Assembly: GCA_046563655.1 (NCBI GenBank)
Contig: CM102284.1
Span: forward strand, 9,238,001-9,302,000
Direction of reading: 5' to 3'
DNA: 64,000 nt
From: Yuukianura sp. NJ FZ-2021
Taxonomy: Eukaryota
Positions 46,914 through 62,649 of this stretch are shown here, piece by piece (position 1 is the stretch's first letter; each line of letters begins with the position of its first letter). The notes beneath the pieces are model-generated. The model saw only the letters and a list, made by a program, of their open reading frames with translations, ran no database searches and was not told the DNA's origin. The translations under genes were made by a program, and so were the position numbers.

Positions 46914-47761
46914 TACAACTTTTTAAGCTCAAATTGAGATTGATTGCAGCGGTAGACCAGAAAATGCGACAAGTGCTACTGCACAAATTAGTACTTGAGT
47001 GACGCTAGGTTGTGCAGTTTGCTAAAATATTTCAAGGTTTTAGGAAGAATTGACTACGTTTATCTACAACACGTTGACCGTCATCATTTCAATCTAATCC
47101 TATAGATTAATTGTGGAAAATCAACGCTAAGCGTAGGAAAGCACAGCAGAGATAAAGTTAACAATTGTTTTCATTTTACATGTTTTGTAGTTTGCGAAAA
47201 GTCAATTGACTTTCGCTAACAAATGTTTCAATTTTTAGTATTCCTGTGAGCCTAAACAAAGTGACCTCTGACCGCGTATTCCCTGGCATTCCATACACTG
47301 CATTTCAAAGTTACCAAATTTTAGTTTATCAAAATAAATCGTTTTTAAAGCAGAAACTTAAAATTGAAAATCAATTTTTCAAAAAGTTTACGCTAATGCT
47401 GTGGTTCAACGTCGGTTAAAAACTAATTTTTGCTTAAGTTCACTATTTAAAAAACAAAACTTTTTTTTAACATGCAATACCTGAGACGAAAAGAATTATG
47501 TTTTAGGTGGCGTGGATCTGCCACCAAATTTGTGATTAGAAAATTTTATCGCTTCTTTATATTACGCATTCAGTGATTCCCAAAATTGGTCAAAATTGAC
47601 AAAAACTATAAAATTATATCATGCATTTATGAGGTGTGAAGCCCCAAAAGTAAGATTAACGGAAACAAATAGCCTAGCAATTCAAATTTTTAGCAATAAT
47701 TCATCTTCCATGAGTTTTTATAAAATTTGATTTAAATTAAAATTGATTAAGTTTAGATTAA

Positions 47762-50104
47762 TTAAACTTGGACTGAGTCTCTGAGGCGGTAGAATTCTTT
47801 TTCAATTTCTCCGCAGAGGTCTGTGAGGTCATCCTCTTCTGGAAACAGACTCTGACACCCGATCAGCCGAATATTCAAGTTGCCCAAGTAGCTCAAAATT
47901 GCAAATCCAACACCTAAAATTCAAAATGTAAAAACTTGTTTTTTGAAAATAAAGTCTAAATTTTGGGAAATTGACCTTGATTTCCTCTGAGGAGTCCTCC
48001 AGTGAATCCAAGCTCAATGACAGGCAGACCCATGAAGGTGCACTGCTTGAACGGCCCAGGGAAGTTGGATATCAATCCAGTCGTTTGCATATTCTTGGCA
48101 ATGGCCTTGATCAATCCAGTGCAAAGTCCACCAATGACAGGGGTCTGGAGAAAATTTAAGCGCGGAGTGGTCGACCGCTTCAGCGATTTCAAATTTCTCT
48201 CAATCGCTCCCATTCTCTTCTTTGCGTCTTCAATCCCAACAGGAAATTTCAGAAAAGCAAACGAACTGTGCGAAAAAACAAAGAATACAATCTTCATAAA
48301 GTCATAAAGAGTCAACATTTCTAAAATTCTCTAAATCTTACTAAAAATCCATAAAATTTCCTCACTCTTACTAAAAAATTTCCTAAATCTTACTGAAAAC
48401 TATAGTAAAATTACCCAATTCTTACTAAAAATTTCTTGAATCTTACTGAAAGCTTGTAAAAATTCCTAACTCTTACTAAAAATTTGTAAAATTTGGTAAA
48501 TCTTACTAAAAATTTCTAAGTTTGGTTGTGTGTCCAGGAACTGGAAAAGGCGCTACGCAGTGGATTGATCTCGGGACTGGAATTCCTTTTTTCAAAAAGT
48601 AGTGCCTTATGCCTCCACTGATCCCCCCAACGAGCATTCCCGTGAAGCTCACTCCAAAAGAGTCCTTGATTTCCTTGAGCATGGAGAGTGGGAGTGACCT
48701 TGACCTGACATGGAACCACGTCCGTGACATCTTGTGCTTTGGCACTCGCCACTCATTCCGGTCACTCCCTTCCACTCTCTGGCGAGCTCCTTCATACTGC
48801 GACTTGATTACAAATTTCAGTTGTTCCCAAAGTTCTTGAAACAAAGTGCGCTTGGGGTAGTTGGGCAGAGCATATTCGTGTTCATGCAGTTGACACACGT
48901 CCTTCAACAGCAGATTCAGCAAACTGTACCCGTCAGCTATTCCATGGTGCAACCTAATTTCAAATTCCAAAAAAGTTTCCCAAAAGTTTAGTAAAATGTG
49001 CGCAAAATTGCAAAAAAAAAGTGACACCCAATGTTAAAACGTTTGAAATTTGCAAGAATTTTGACCAAAAAGACGTCGAAGCGTGACATCAAAATTTAAA
49101 AAAAAAATTGAAACTATCAGACTTGTCCTAAAATTCTTAACCCCTTCTATTCACCATTGGTATCAGTGACCTCAAAATTTCAAATTTTCGACATTTTTCG
49201 AAATTTTGATTTTTTTTTATTTTCTGAAAGTTAGTTAATCTGAAAATTCTAACAACAGCAGGTGATCTTTTTCCTTGCCACTAAACTATGGCAAGTTCAA
49301 ATGAATTTTAATTCAAATGGCGTCGAAGCGTGACATCAAAAATACAAAAAAAAAAAAAGAAAGAAAGCAATTAAGGATTTCTAAAATTTTGAAGGGCGTT
49401 AAAATCATGCTTGACCTCAGTGACCTCTCTTCTTTTCTTGAAATTTTGATTTTTTTTTCGTCTTTTGAAAGTTTTAACAATCCTAACCTGAAAATGACTG
49501 CAGATTTTTTAGCATTAGGACAGGGGTCATCGTCTGGCTGGAAATCCGGAAGGTAGAGGACTTCCCAGGGGGACTTATTTGGTGGAAAGGGCTTGTAGGT
49601 CATGAGCCCTTCGAGTCTGGACAAACCCTGCGTTGTGATTGGTCCACTCACTTCGTCATAGCAATAAATGTGACTCCTAATGTCAAAATTCTCTTCATTT
49701 TTCCAGAAAATGTAGCCCATCCAGTGGGCATAATATTGTTTCAGCTCTGGATGCAAATCTCTGCCCTCCGAATCTTTTTTCAGCAGAATTTTGGCGTTGA
49801 TTTCTTGATGGACGGCATCCATGTCCAACTGCCCTTGGAATCCCACAGTGACGATCAAGTTGCAGCGTGGTCTGTTCGTCCAGTCGTCAACTGCCATGAT
49901 GCTGCTTCGCGTGACGACCATCTTCACCAAGTCTGGTCTCAAGATGGACGCCGACCATCCGACCATCTTCCTCCAAATGTAAATTGGACCAAGCAGGGTC
50001 AGTGTCACTGGCAACACTATGATTCGAACCAACGTTAAGCCGATTATCAAAAGTTCTTGGACGAAAGAGGAAACTATTCTGGGCAACTGAAATGGCACGA
50101 CCAT
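47762..50104 (-). CDS. Wax ester synthase / diacylglycerol acyltransferase (WS/DGAT family)
   Basis: N-terminal hydrophobic segment, FDIRSHI, PFPPNKSPWEVLYL, catalytic R/LHHGIADGYSL (HHxxxDG), LRN, ISNFPGP, GVGFAILSYLGNLNI. Confidence 0.88.
49073..49470. repeat. Diverged ~150-bp direct duplication in WS/DGAT intron 1
   Basis: cgtcgaagcgtgacatcaaaa..cagtgacctc..gaaattttgatttttttt occurs at ~49074-49220 and ~49321-49460. Confidence 0.65.
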
Positions 50105-50845
50105 TTTCAAATCCGATTTTTCGAAATTTAAAAAAAATCGAATTTAAAAAAAAATTGATTTCTTTGAATTTTAAATCTGGAATTGTACACAGATTTTTCT
50201 TGAGAAAGTGAGAGATTGCTGTCACTGCTCGATGGGCTTTGATGTTGTGAGATGAAAAGTAGTCCAGGGTACTTCTGAATTCAAATGTGATGAAAATAGC
50301 CCTTGAAGGGCCCCATTGTCTCAGTTCCGTTAAGATCAAGGGTCCCTTGGACACTTCGTTTGACCCCAAAAACTAATCGTAAGTGGACTTTGACACAATT
50401 TCATAATTTCAAAACCTTAATTTTGGAAACTGGAAATTTTAAAAACTAGCTTCGAGTGCCAGTTTTTGGTAGAATTTTTTATTGAAATGGAGGCAAATCG
50501 TTGTTAAATTGGCAATTTTTCTATGCACGAAAAGAAAAAAAAAGCTGTAAAGGATGTAAATCAGTTATTTGCAAACTTATTTATCTGCGAGACTTAATTG
50601 CATGCTAAAGAATTTACTTACCAGGTCAAAGGTCAACGGTTTACCTATGATTTGAATTTAAAACTTAACTTCTGCTAAGTCTGCCAATATTGCCAAACAA
50701 ATTACCTCGTTTTGCAAAGAAAGAAGCAAAAACTGCTTGCGGCCGAGCGTCTTCTCACTTTTTAGTTCAGTCTGTCTCTAAACTTTGGTTTGTTAACATC
50801 GGAGTACAGTTGGTCTCAACTTTTTTGAGGTCACTTGAGGTCAAC

Positions 50846-53067
50846 ATGGGGAAACTGTGGATTGTGCTGCTTTGCCACCTCGTGTCAGGAGGTCAAGAGA
50901 TCTCTTTCAACTACATTCCAGAAGGGAAGCTGAGTGAGGAGGAAATGTTCAAAGAAATGCCAGTGAGCGTAAGTGGGGCTTCGTCGCCTGGGGGCGGTGG
51001 TGGGGCAGAATACGGCCCACCAACAACTGATGAAAAGAGTTTCATGGATGCAAAAATAGCCTACTTCCCACATCCAGACGACGATGGATCCTACATCAGG
51101 GTAAGTCAAAAACACTTCCTAAAGGGCAAAGGTCAACAGATTCATTTGTAAGTTACAAAGTTACAAGTTACAAATTTGTAAGTTACAAATTGTTCCTTGA
51201 AGGTTGACATGAACGAGGAGGACACGTCTGGGTTGACTTTCCATGTCGGTCTTGGAGCCCGCACTGCGTCTCTTGTAATGAGTAAGCTCACAGTTTTTTT
51301 TCAACACAAATTATTGTCGAGATGAGAAACTTCCAGAAGTTTTAGCAAAAATGCAAAATTTTTACACAAATTGTTGCAAATATGCAAAATTTTGCACAAT
51401 TCGGTTCAATTTGGAGTCTAAACTTTGCGTTGTTTTGCATAGATATTCCTGGCTGGAAGTTTGGAGCTCACCAAGTGCAAGAAAAGGAAGTCAAATTTTA
51501 TCTCTTCACAAAGTAAGTAAAACCCCAACTAGCTTGCAATACAAAATTTTTTGCATTTACTGAAATTTGCATATTTTGTAAAATTTTGAATTTGGTTTCA
51601 GAAAAGTGCAGACTCGTGAAGGAATTGAGTTGTTTAGCAGTGAAAAAAATAGTGACAAGGTCAAGGACTTCTGGATGGAGGGCGCAGAGGTCAAGATCCT
51701 CTGTCATGGATACATGAGTTCATACTGGAAGCCCTTCCCAAGACTCATGATGCAATGTACTATTAACATATTTATATAGTATATTAACATATTTTTATAG
51801 TAGATTAATACATTTTTATATATTAACTGATTTTCAGCCTATGTGGAGCTGGAGAAGGACCTTAATGTTATTCTGGTGGACTGGCATGGCCTAGCTGGAG
51901 ATATTTTGTACTTTTCAGTCGCCAAGGAGACTACTGGGGTGGGTCAAAGGGTGGGGGCCCTTGTGAGGCAACTGGTCCTTGAAGGGCTCACGTCCCTTGA
52001 CCAAGTCCACTTCATTGGGCACAGTCTAGGCGCTCAAATAGGAGGGGCCACTGGATTCACTCTACAGCAAACCAAAGTGGGCAAACTCAAAAGAATCACA
52101 GGTGACCTTTGACCTTTGACAAAAATTTGCCGAAAATTTTGAATTTTAAATTTTGAAAAAAAAAATTGAAAAAATCAAGCAAAGACAACGATTTTCTGAT
52201 TTCTGAAATTTCATTTTCTCTGTTTTTTAAAGGGCTGGACCCTGCTGGACCAGGTAGCTGAATAACGATTTGAAATATATTTATGTATTAAAATATTAAT
52301 AAAAATTAATATATTATATTATGTTTTGTAGGATTCTGTGACAATGGGATTAGTCGACTGGAGGAATCTGATGCTGAGTTTGTGGATGTGATTCACACGG
52401 ATGACTCTGCTTACTGCCAAGGCTATATTGCATGGATTTGGAATTTGTCCAAGGGCAAGTGGGGGTCAGATGTCACAACAGGTAACTACAACTTCAAAAT
52501 TCAAAATTTCAGTTTCTTCCAATTTGTATGTAAAAATTTCAAAATTCAATCAACCTATTTACAAGTTACCTGTATGCAAAATTTCTATTTTCCATTTATC
52601 AGGTCACTCCAACTTTTTCCCGAACGGTGGTCATGTAAGACAGAAAAGTCAAAAGTTGAAAAATGAAGAATTGATGAGAAAGTTAATTTTGTTATTTGAA
52701 TTAGTTAATTGTTGTGTTAATTAGAAACAACCTGGGTGTGGCACTGGAGTGACTGATACTTGTTCGCACTCTCGAGCCTACTACTACATGCAGGAGTCCT
52801 TCAACGACACTTCCACTATTCCAACTGTGTTCAAGGGCTGTCCCTGCCACTCATACAGGGACTACTTGGCTGGAAACTGCCTCTGCTCATCAGACAACTA
52901 TGTCCCCATGGGGGAATACACACCCACTAACACGTAATAATATAATATAATATATTAATTTAAATTAATTGAGAACTGAATTAACGTGTCTCTTCATTGG
53001 TAGGACTGAGGGGAAGTATTTTCTGAAGACTGGTCGCAAGTACCCTTATTCCCATGTTGTCGGATGA
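50846..53067 (+). CDS. Pancreatic-lipase-family secreted lipase
   Basis: Signal peptide MGKLWIVLLCHLVSG, KILCHGY, NVILVDW, VHFIGHSLGAQ (GxSxG), RITG/LDPAGP, DAEFVDVIHTD, GHSNFFPNGG, QPGC, CSHSRAY; Ser-Asp-His triad intact; several very short exons. Confidence 0.92.
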
Positions 53068-53693
53068 AACAATTTCAAGGTCAAAGGTCAAACTTTTAAT
53101 TTAAACTTTTCCAATCATCTTAATTTAAGCTCCAACAATTAACAACGACAACATAAAACATGAACCAACAATAAATACAAGGATTAAACATGTCATTTTG
53201 AAAAGAAAGTGTGAAAATCAATTAACTAATATTATAATATGAATAATTAATTGAGAAGATAATTAAACAACATTTAAAGAGAGCAAGGGTTGATGCAAAA
53301 GCTGTGGATGGCGTTTATGTGGGTGGACAATTTATGAATGAAGCCCTTTTTTATTTGAATGAAAAGTGTGTTCAATGAACTTTACACACGATTGGAATGT
53401 TGTACACATGATTGGAATGTTTTACACACGAATGGCATGCGTAGTACGTTCATTCATAGAAAGTGACGTCTGAAGCATGTGGTTACAAGCAGCGCTAAAT
53501 TTGAAATAAGATTTTTTCAAAATTCCGCAACCTCGCTTCTTTTGTTGTAAAAATTAAAATCAGCTGTGTGGAAAAACCAATTGCGGATTAATTAACTTGC
53601 GAATGACCAAGTTAATTTATTTATTACAAGTTAATTAACTAATTAAAATACAAATTCAATACACCAAAAAGAGTGCGATTGATTGCCATTGTA

Positions 53694-54851
53694 ATGTCGT
53701 CACTTAAGGTAAGTCACACCCTGTACCAACCGCCACGTTACAAAAATTTCAACACATCTGATCCACCACAAGAGATAAATTCCTTTCTCTTCTGCTCATC
53801 ATCTGTTCTCAGACTTTCCAAATTCCAGAAGTACACATTTCCATTTAGGAGTATTAGATTAGTTTGATTAATGAGTTGTTGTGTTGACTAATTGGTAGCA
53901 AACGATGACCATGGGTGACATCCATACGTTGGTTTACCCCCTCCTCTTCCGCCCAGCCTTAACACAGGTAACATCAACTTAGTTTTAATTTGTGGTGGCA
54001 ACATGATTTAAAGGTCAAATTGTTTGTTGTAGCTTGCAAAATCCGACCCAGCGGGCCAATCAGTGCGAAGTGCTCTTCAGGCAGCGGAAGCCTCTTCTCC
54101 AGGAGTTGCTCTGGAACTAGCATTGGCCATAATCAAAAAGTCAGATTTGGATATCAGTTTGGACGAAGCCTTACTTCGACTCCAGGGAAACAACGATGAG
54201 TACGAAGCCTCAGAATTCAGAACTTCCAGAACAGAAGAACCCTTTCGCGAACTGAGCAAGAAAGCAGCTCAACTCAAGCGTATACTCAGCAGAATTCCAG
54301 ACGAAATCGTCGATCGCAAAACGTTCTTGGAAACAATCAAGTACTTACAGACATAACATTTGTACTCAAATCACTCAAACTTTTGATTTCACTTGTGTAC
54401 TTGTAATTAACAGAGAAATTGCGAGTACAATCAAGAAAGTGCTGGACTCTGTCGCTGGAGTGTCCGTTCTCGTTTCAAATCCCAATGCACGAAGTCTTCT
54501 GGAACAACGCAAACGCGAATTCGTCAAGTATTCAAAGAGGTAAACACAGAAATTTTGAAAATCAATTTTGAAATTGCAAAATTTTGAAAGTTCTTAAAAT
54601 CTTTCCAAAGTCTCAAACGATTTTTTCCAATGAAGTGGTTCCATGATTTTCAGATTTTCAACTACATTGAAAGAATACTTCCGTGACGGATTGTGAGTTG
54701 AAACTTTTAACAACGTTTTCATTACTTTTAACTTTTGTTTTTAACTTTTAACTTGTTTTGTTGTAGGGAGAGTCCAGTGTACACGAGTGCTCTATACTTG
54801 ATTAATCAGACGAACCTAATCATGACTACGGTGAAGGATCGCTGTGAGTGA
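53694..54851 (+). CDS. PDCD10: Programmed cell death 10 / CCM3
   Basis: MSSLK/QTMTMGD..LFRPALTQ / ..EALLRLQG..FRELSKKAAQLKRILSRIPDEIVDRKTFLETIK / EIASTIKKVLDSV..LEQRKREFVKYSKR / FSTTLKEYF..SALYLINQTNLIM. Alternative start at 53905. Confidence 0.93.
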
Positions 54852-55498
54852 AGGATCGGTGTGAGTGAAGGCTCTTCCACTCTTAATTCCGAATCCCATT
54901 GTTGGCTACTTAACTTCAATTGTTATCGAACCCTAATGATTCTTACGCGCTAATTTATCAGGGTTAATTACGAAACGATGCATCTAAAAACATAACGTCT
55001 ATAAATACTGAAATTGTTGAAAATATACTTTACCAATGGAAATGAACCACTGTTCACTACTGTTTTAGACACGCCGAAAGGAGTGAGTTGATTCTACTAA
55101 GGAGGACTTAAGGGCTTGCCATATTAATTTCATTTTTTAAGTGTCTAAACTTAAATGGTATCTACGTTTTGGCCATAATTAAAAACATAGTTTGATTAAC
55201 CTAACATTGTGTAGGATTCAATTAATAAACCAATTCTTTTTAAATCTAACTTCTGTTGAGTTCATTTATTTGGACGGAATGGATTGTCTTGTTTTGTGAC
55301 CAGTAAAGTCTCAAATACTGGCAACATTCTATGAATATTGGCAATATTCATAATACTTGTTTAGAGTAAGTCAATAAATTATAAATAAATAGCCTAACAA
55401 ATAAAGTTTAATAACTTAGCTTAACCAAAGTTTAGCTAGAAACCTACCTCAATTTTCACAAAATTAATATTTTTAAATTTGAGCTTTTTTTTGTTTTG

Positions 55499-55785
55499 AC
55501 GCCGATTGAAAATTATTTTTAAGTGAGGCAGTATTACGAGGGAATGCGAGATAAGGGAATGCGGAGTTGAGTGACGTCAGAGAGAGTGACGTCACAAGTT
55601 GAAAAAGTGAGGAGCCTTTTTGCATCGCATAATCCCCGCATCGGATCCGGCCAAATTTGAGGGTGCATTTTTAGGATAACAGTCTGCACGACACGCAAAA
55701 ATACACGCAAATTACACTGTGTTCTCCATCGCAACCGGTACACACTGTTCACCTAGCTCTACTTAAATTAGCTTTTACATGGCGT
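55499..55785 (+). mobile_element. Dispersed repeat, subtype B
   Basis: ACGCCGATTGAAAATTATTTTTAAG ... CTTAAATTAGCTTTTACATGGCGT; same internal modules as 26468-26740. Confidence 0.85.
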
Positions 55786-55877
55786 CTCTCTCATTCAGAT
55801 TAAAAATAATCTAACAATTAAGTTAACAAATGAAATAAATAGCACAGCAATTAAACTAAAATTAAAAATTAAAAGTG

Positions 55878-59543
<3,666 letters not shown>

Positions 59544-60066
59544 AACAATCCAAAGACTCAACAATACAATGCAAATACACACACAAAAATTTAAAGCTGA
59601 AAGTTTCAAGTTGAAACTTTCCGAGAAAAGTTAATGAGAAGTTTTAGATTTCAAAATTTTCAGATGAAATAAAATTTGGTTCACTTTGCCGCCACTCATG
59701 ATTCTCTTTCACTTTTTATGCTTAGAAACCCACTGCCCAGTTACCTCATCAAAATTTACGCCGTTTAACTTGTGCATTTCTGTTCCATTTTAAAAAAGTT
59801 TTACAAAAAAAAAGTCGAAGATTTTGAATATTTTTTGCTAGAATTGAAGAGAAATGGTAATTTTATAAGTTTAAAAACTTGTTTAGAGCACAAAAATCCT
59901 GGTTTTTGTGAACATAGAAAAAGAGAATGTTGAAGGTCAGCTGTCAAGGTCAACCACTTGCTGCTCAAGATCACTTTGTAGAAGACGGTTGACCAAATAC
60001 ATCTTCACTTCAACATTCAAGCTTCATTTGAACTTTTTAATTAGTGCTAAATTTTTAAAAAAGAAA

Positions 60067-61836
60067 ATGGACCATCAAAAACCAATTTTATTTTCCTATT
60101 TTAGAAGTTCGTGCAGTTGGAGGGTTCGGATAGGTATTACTCGCTTAATCAATTTCTTAAACTTTCTTAGAATTTCAAAAAATTTCGTTCATGTTTTGAA
60201 AATATTAATTTGTTTGTTTCTGCCTGGTTTTTAGTTTTGGCGTACAAAGGAATTGACTATGACAAGAATTTCGTCAATGTATTGAACAAAGAGCAGGTCA
60301 GAGGTCAACAAATTAACAAAAAAATGGGGATAAATTGAAAATTTAAAATTTTGAAAATCGTAAATTTTAGAATTCTGCGGAATACCTGGAGCGTAATCCC
60401 ATGGGTCAAGTGCCTGTTCTGTTCATCAATGGACACACGCTCACTCAGTCGGTCAGTTTTAAAAATTTTTCAAAAAACTGAAATTTTGAAAAACTAAAAA
60501 AATAGAACAAGTTGAGAAATTGACCCCTGTGACCTCCCATGTCTTTTTTGTAAGATGGCAATCATGGAGTACTTGGAAGAGATGTATCCAGAAAAACCAC
60601 TTTTGCCCAAAGATCCTCTCCAGAGAGCCAAAGTAATTGTTAAATTATTTAAAGTTTAATTACATTTAAATTAATTTATTACCCTAGCGAATCGTCACCC
60701 CCGATCTCAGCTGAAATCGACAATTACCCTAGCGAATCGCCACCCCCGATCTCAGCTGAAATCGACAATTACCCTAGCGAATCGCCACCCCCGATCTCAG
60801 CTGAAATCGACAATTACCCTAGCGAATCGTCACCCCCGATCTCAGCTGAAATCGACAATTACCCTAGCGAATCGCTACCCCCGATCTCAGCTGAAATCGA
60901 CAATTACCCTAGCGAATCGTCACCCCCGATCTCAGCTGAAATCGACAATTACCCTAGCGAATCGCCACCCCCGATCTCAGCTGAAATCGACAATTACCCT
61001 AGCGAATCGCCACCCCCGATCTCAGCTGAAATCGACAATTACCCTAGCGAATCGTCACCCCCGATCTCAGCTGAAATCGACAATTACCCTAGCGAATCGC
61101 CACCCCCGATCTCAGCTGAAATCGACAATTACCCTAGCGAATCGCCACCCCCGATCTCAGCTGAAATCGACAATTACCCTAGCGAATCGCCACCCCCGAT
61201 CTCAGCTGAAATCGACAATTACCCTAGCGAATCGCCACCCCCGATCTCAGCTGAAATCGACAATAATTGTCGATTATTACAATTATTGTAATTAACTAAA
61301 TCAGGTGCGAGAAATCTGTGAGATTGTAGCTTCCGGTATTCAGCCGATACAAAACAATGCAGTTATTCTGAAATACTCGAGCGATGACGAAGGGAAGCGT
61401 CAGGAGTGGGCTAGCTACTGGATTGCCAAGGGATTTGCTGGTAATTACTTTAATTTCAATGTAATTACTTTGTAATTACACTTTGTAATTAAGTGTAATT
61501 AGTTAATTACTTTGATTAATTCACGCCTCAATTAAATTTATTTGAAGCCTTGGAGAAAGTACTGGCCAAGTCCTCCGGGAAGTATTGCGTTGGAGACGAT
61601 GTGACGCTGGCTGACTGTTGTCTTGTGCCACAAATCTACAATGCTGGAAGGTACAGAGGTCAACTGAGGTCACTCTTTGTTAATTGTTGGTGTTAATTAG
61701 TTAATTAACTTCCAGATTCAAAGTGGACATGAGTCAATATCCAACCATCAACAGAATCAGTGCTGAGTTGAATCTTCTGGAAGCGTTCAAAGTGTCTCAC
61801 CCTTCAGTCCAGCCTGACACACCACCAAATCTATAA
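60067..61836 (+). CDS. GSTZ1: Glutathione S-transferase zeta / maleylacetoacetate isomerase
   Basis: [17 protein letters not shown] (zeta SSC motif), [62 protein letters not shown]; seven exons. Confidence 0.96.
60679..61264 (+). repeat. 45-bp minisatellite, 13 copies, in GSTZ intron 4
   Basis: (TTACCCTAGCGAATCGYYACCCCCGATCTCAGCTGAAATCGACAA)13; only the GTC/GCC/GCT site varies. Confidence 0.97.
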
Positions 61837-62269
61837 AATCTATCAAAATCCACAAATAAAAGCATTGAAGCATGAAATATTTTGGAAATTAATCAATTAG
61901 TTCAATTAATCAAGTTAGAACTTAAACAATTGATTAAGTTTCAATTGAACTTTTAATTATAATTGTCACTTTTTCACTTTGCTTTCACAAGAAACTTTCA
62001 CGCTGTTCAGATTTTTTAAGCGGGGAATAAATTTATTTGCTCAGATACAAATGTAAAGGATGATGTTTCAAAACGATTTATACTTTAGTACAATTTAGTA
62101 ACTGTTCACCGATTGTTTCTAATAAATCAGCAATATAATTATAAGTAATTAAATTATGTGATTAACTTTGAGGTGTAGTAATTATAATTAATTGAACAAG
62201 TAACTTTGAAGTTAATTGCTTCCCGTGTGCTGCCACCTGCTGAAACAAATTCAAATTTTTTGAATTGAG

Positions 62270-62508
62270 AAATTTAAATTTTTTCCCGCCACTACCTCCC
62301 CACCCAGAGGAAAAGGAGTGAGGGGGAAAAAGGGGTAACCTTTCTGTTTCGCATAATCTCCGCATAGGATTCGGCCAAAATCGAGGGTCCACTTTTAAGA
62401 GAACAGTCTGCACGACACGCAAAAATACACGCTAATCACACTGTGACATTACACGAACCGGCACTTACTGTCACCCTACGCTAACTTATATTCTTGTTTA
62501 CATGGCGT
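62270..62508 (+). mobile_element. Dispersed repeat, subtype A
   Basis: Collinear with 14490-14724 and ends ACATGGCGT. Confidence 0.85.
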
Positions 62509-62649
62509 ATTCTGACTGTCGTCTCCTCAATTGTAATTGTTAATTAATTAAATAATTAAAACTAATTTAGTCAGAGTCAGAGACATAATAGACGTGGACG
62601 AGACGACACCCAAGCCAGCGGACCAGGACCAGGACGGTAGACTTTGACC

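Noticed and set aside
47762-50104. WS/DGAT as bacterial contamination
   Set aside because: Interrupted by GT-AG introns with host-like composition and flanked by animal genes.
60679-61264. 45-bp array as a CRISPR array
   Set aside because: Head-to-tail units with no unique spacers, no cas genes, and located in a eukaryotic intron.
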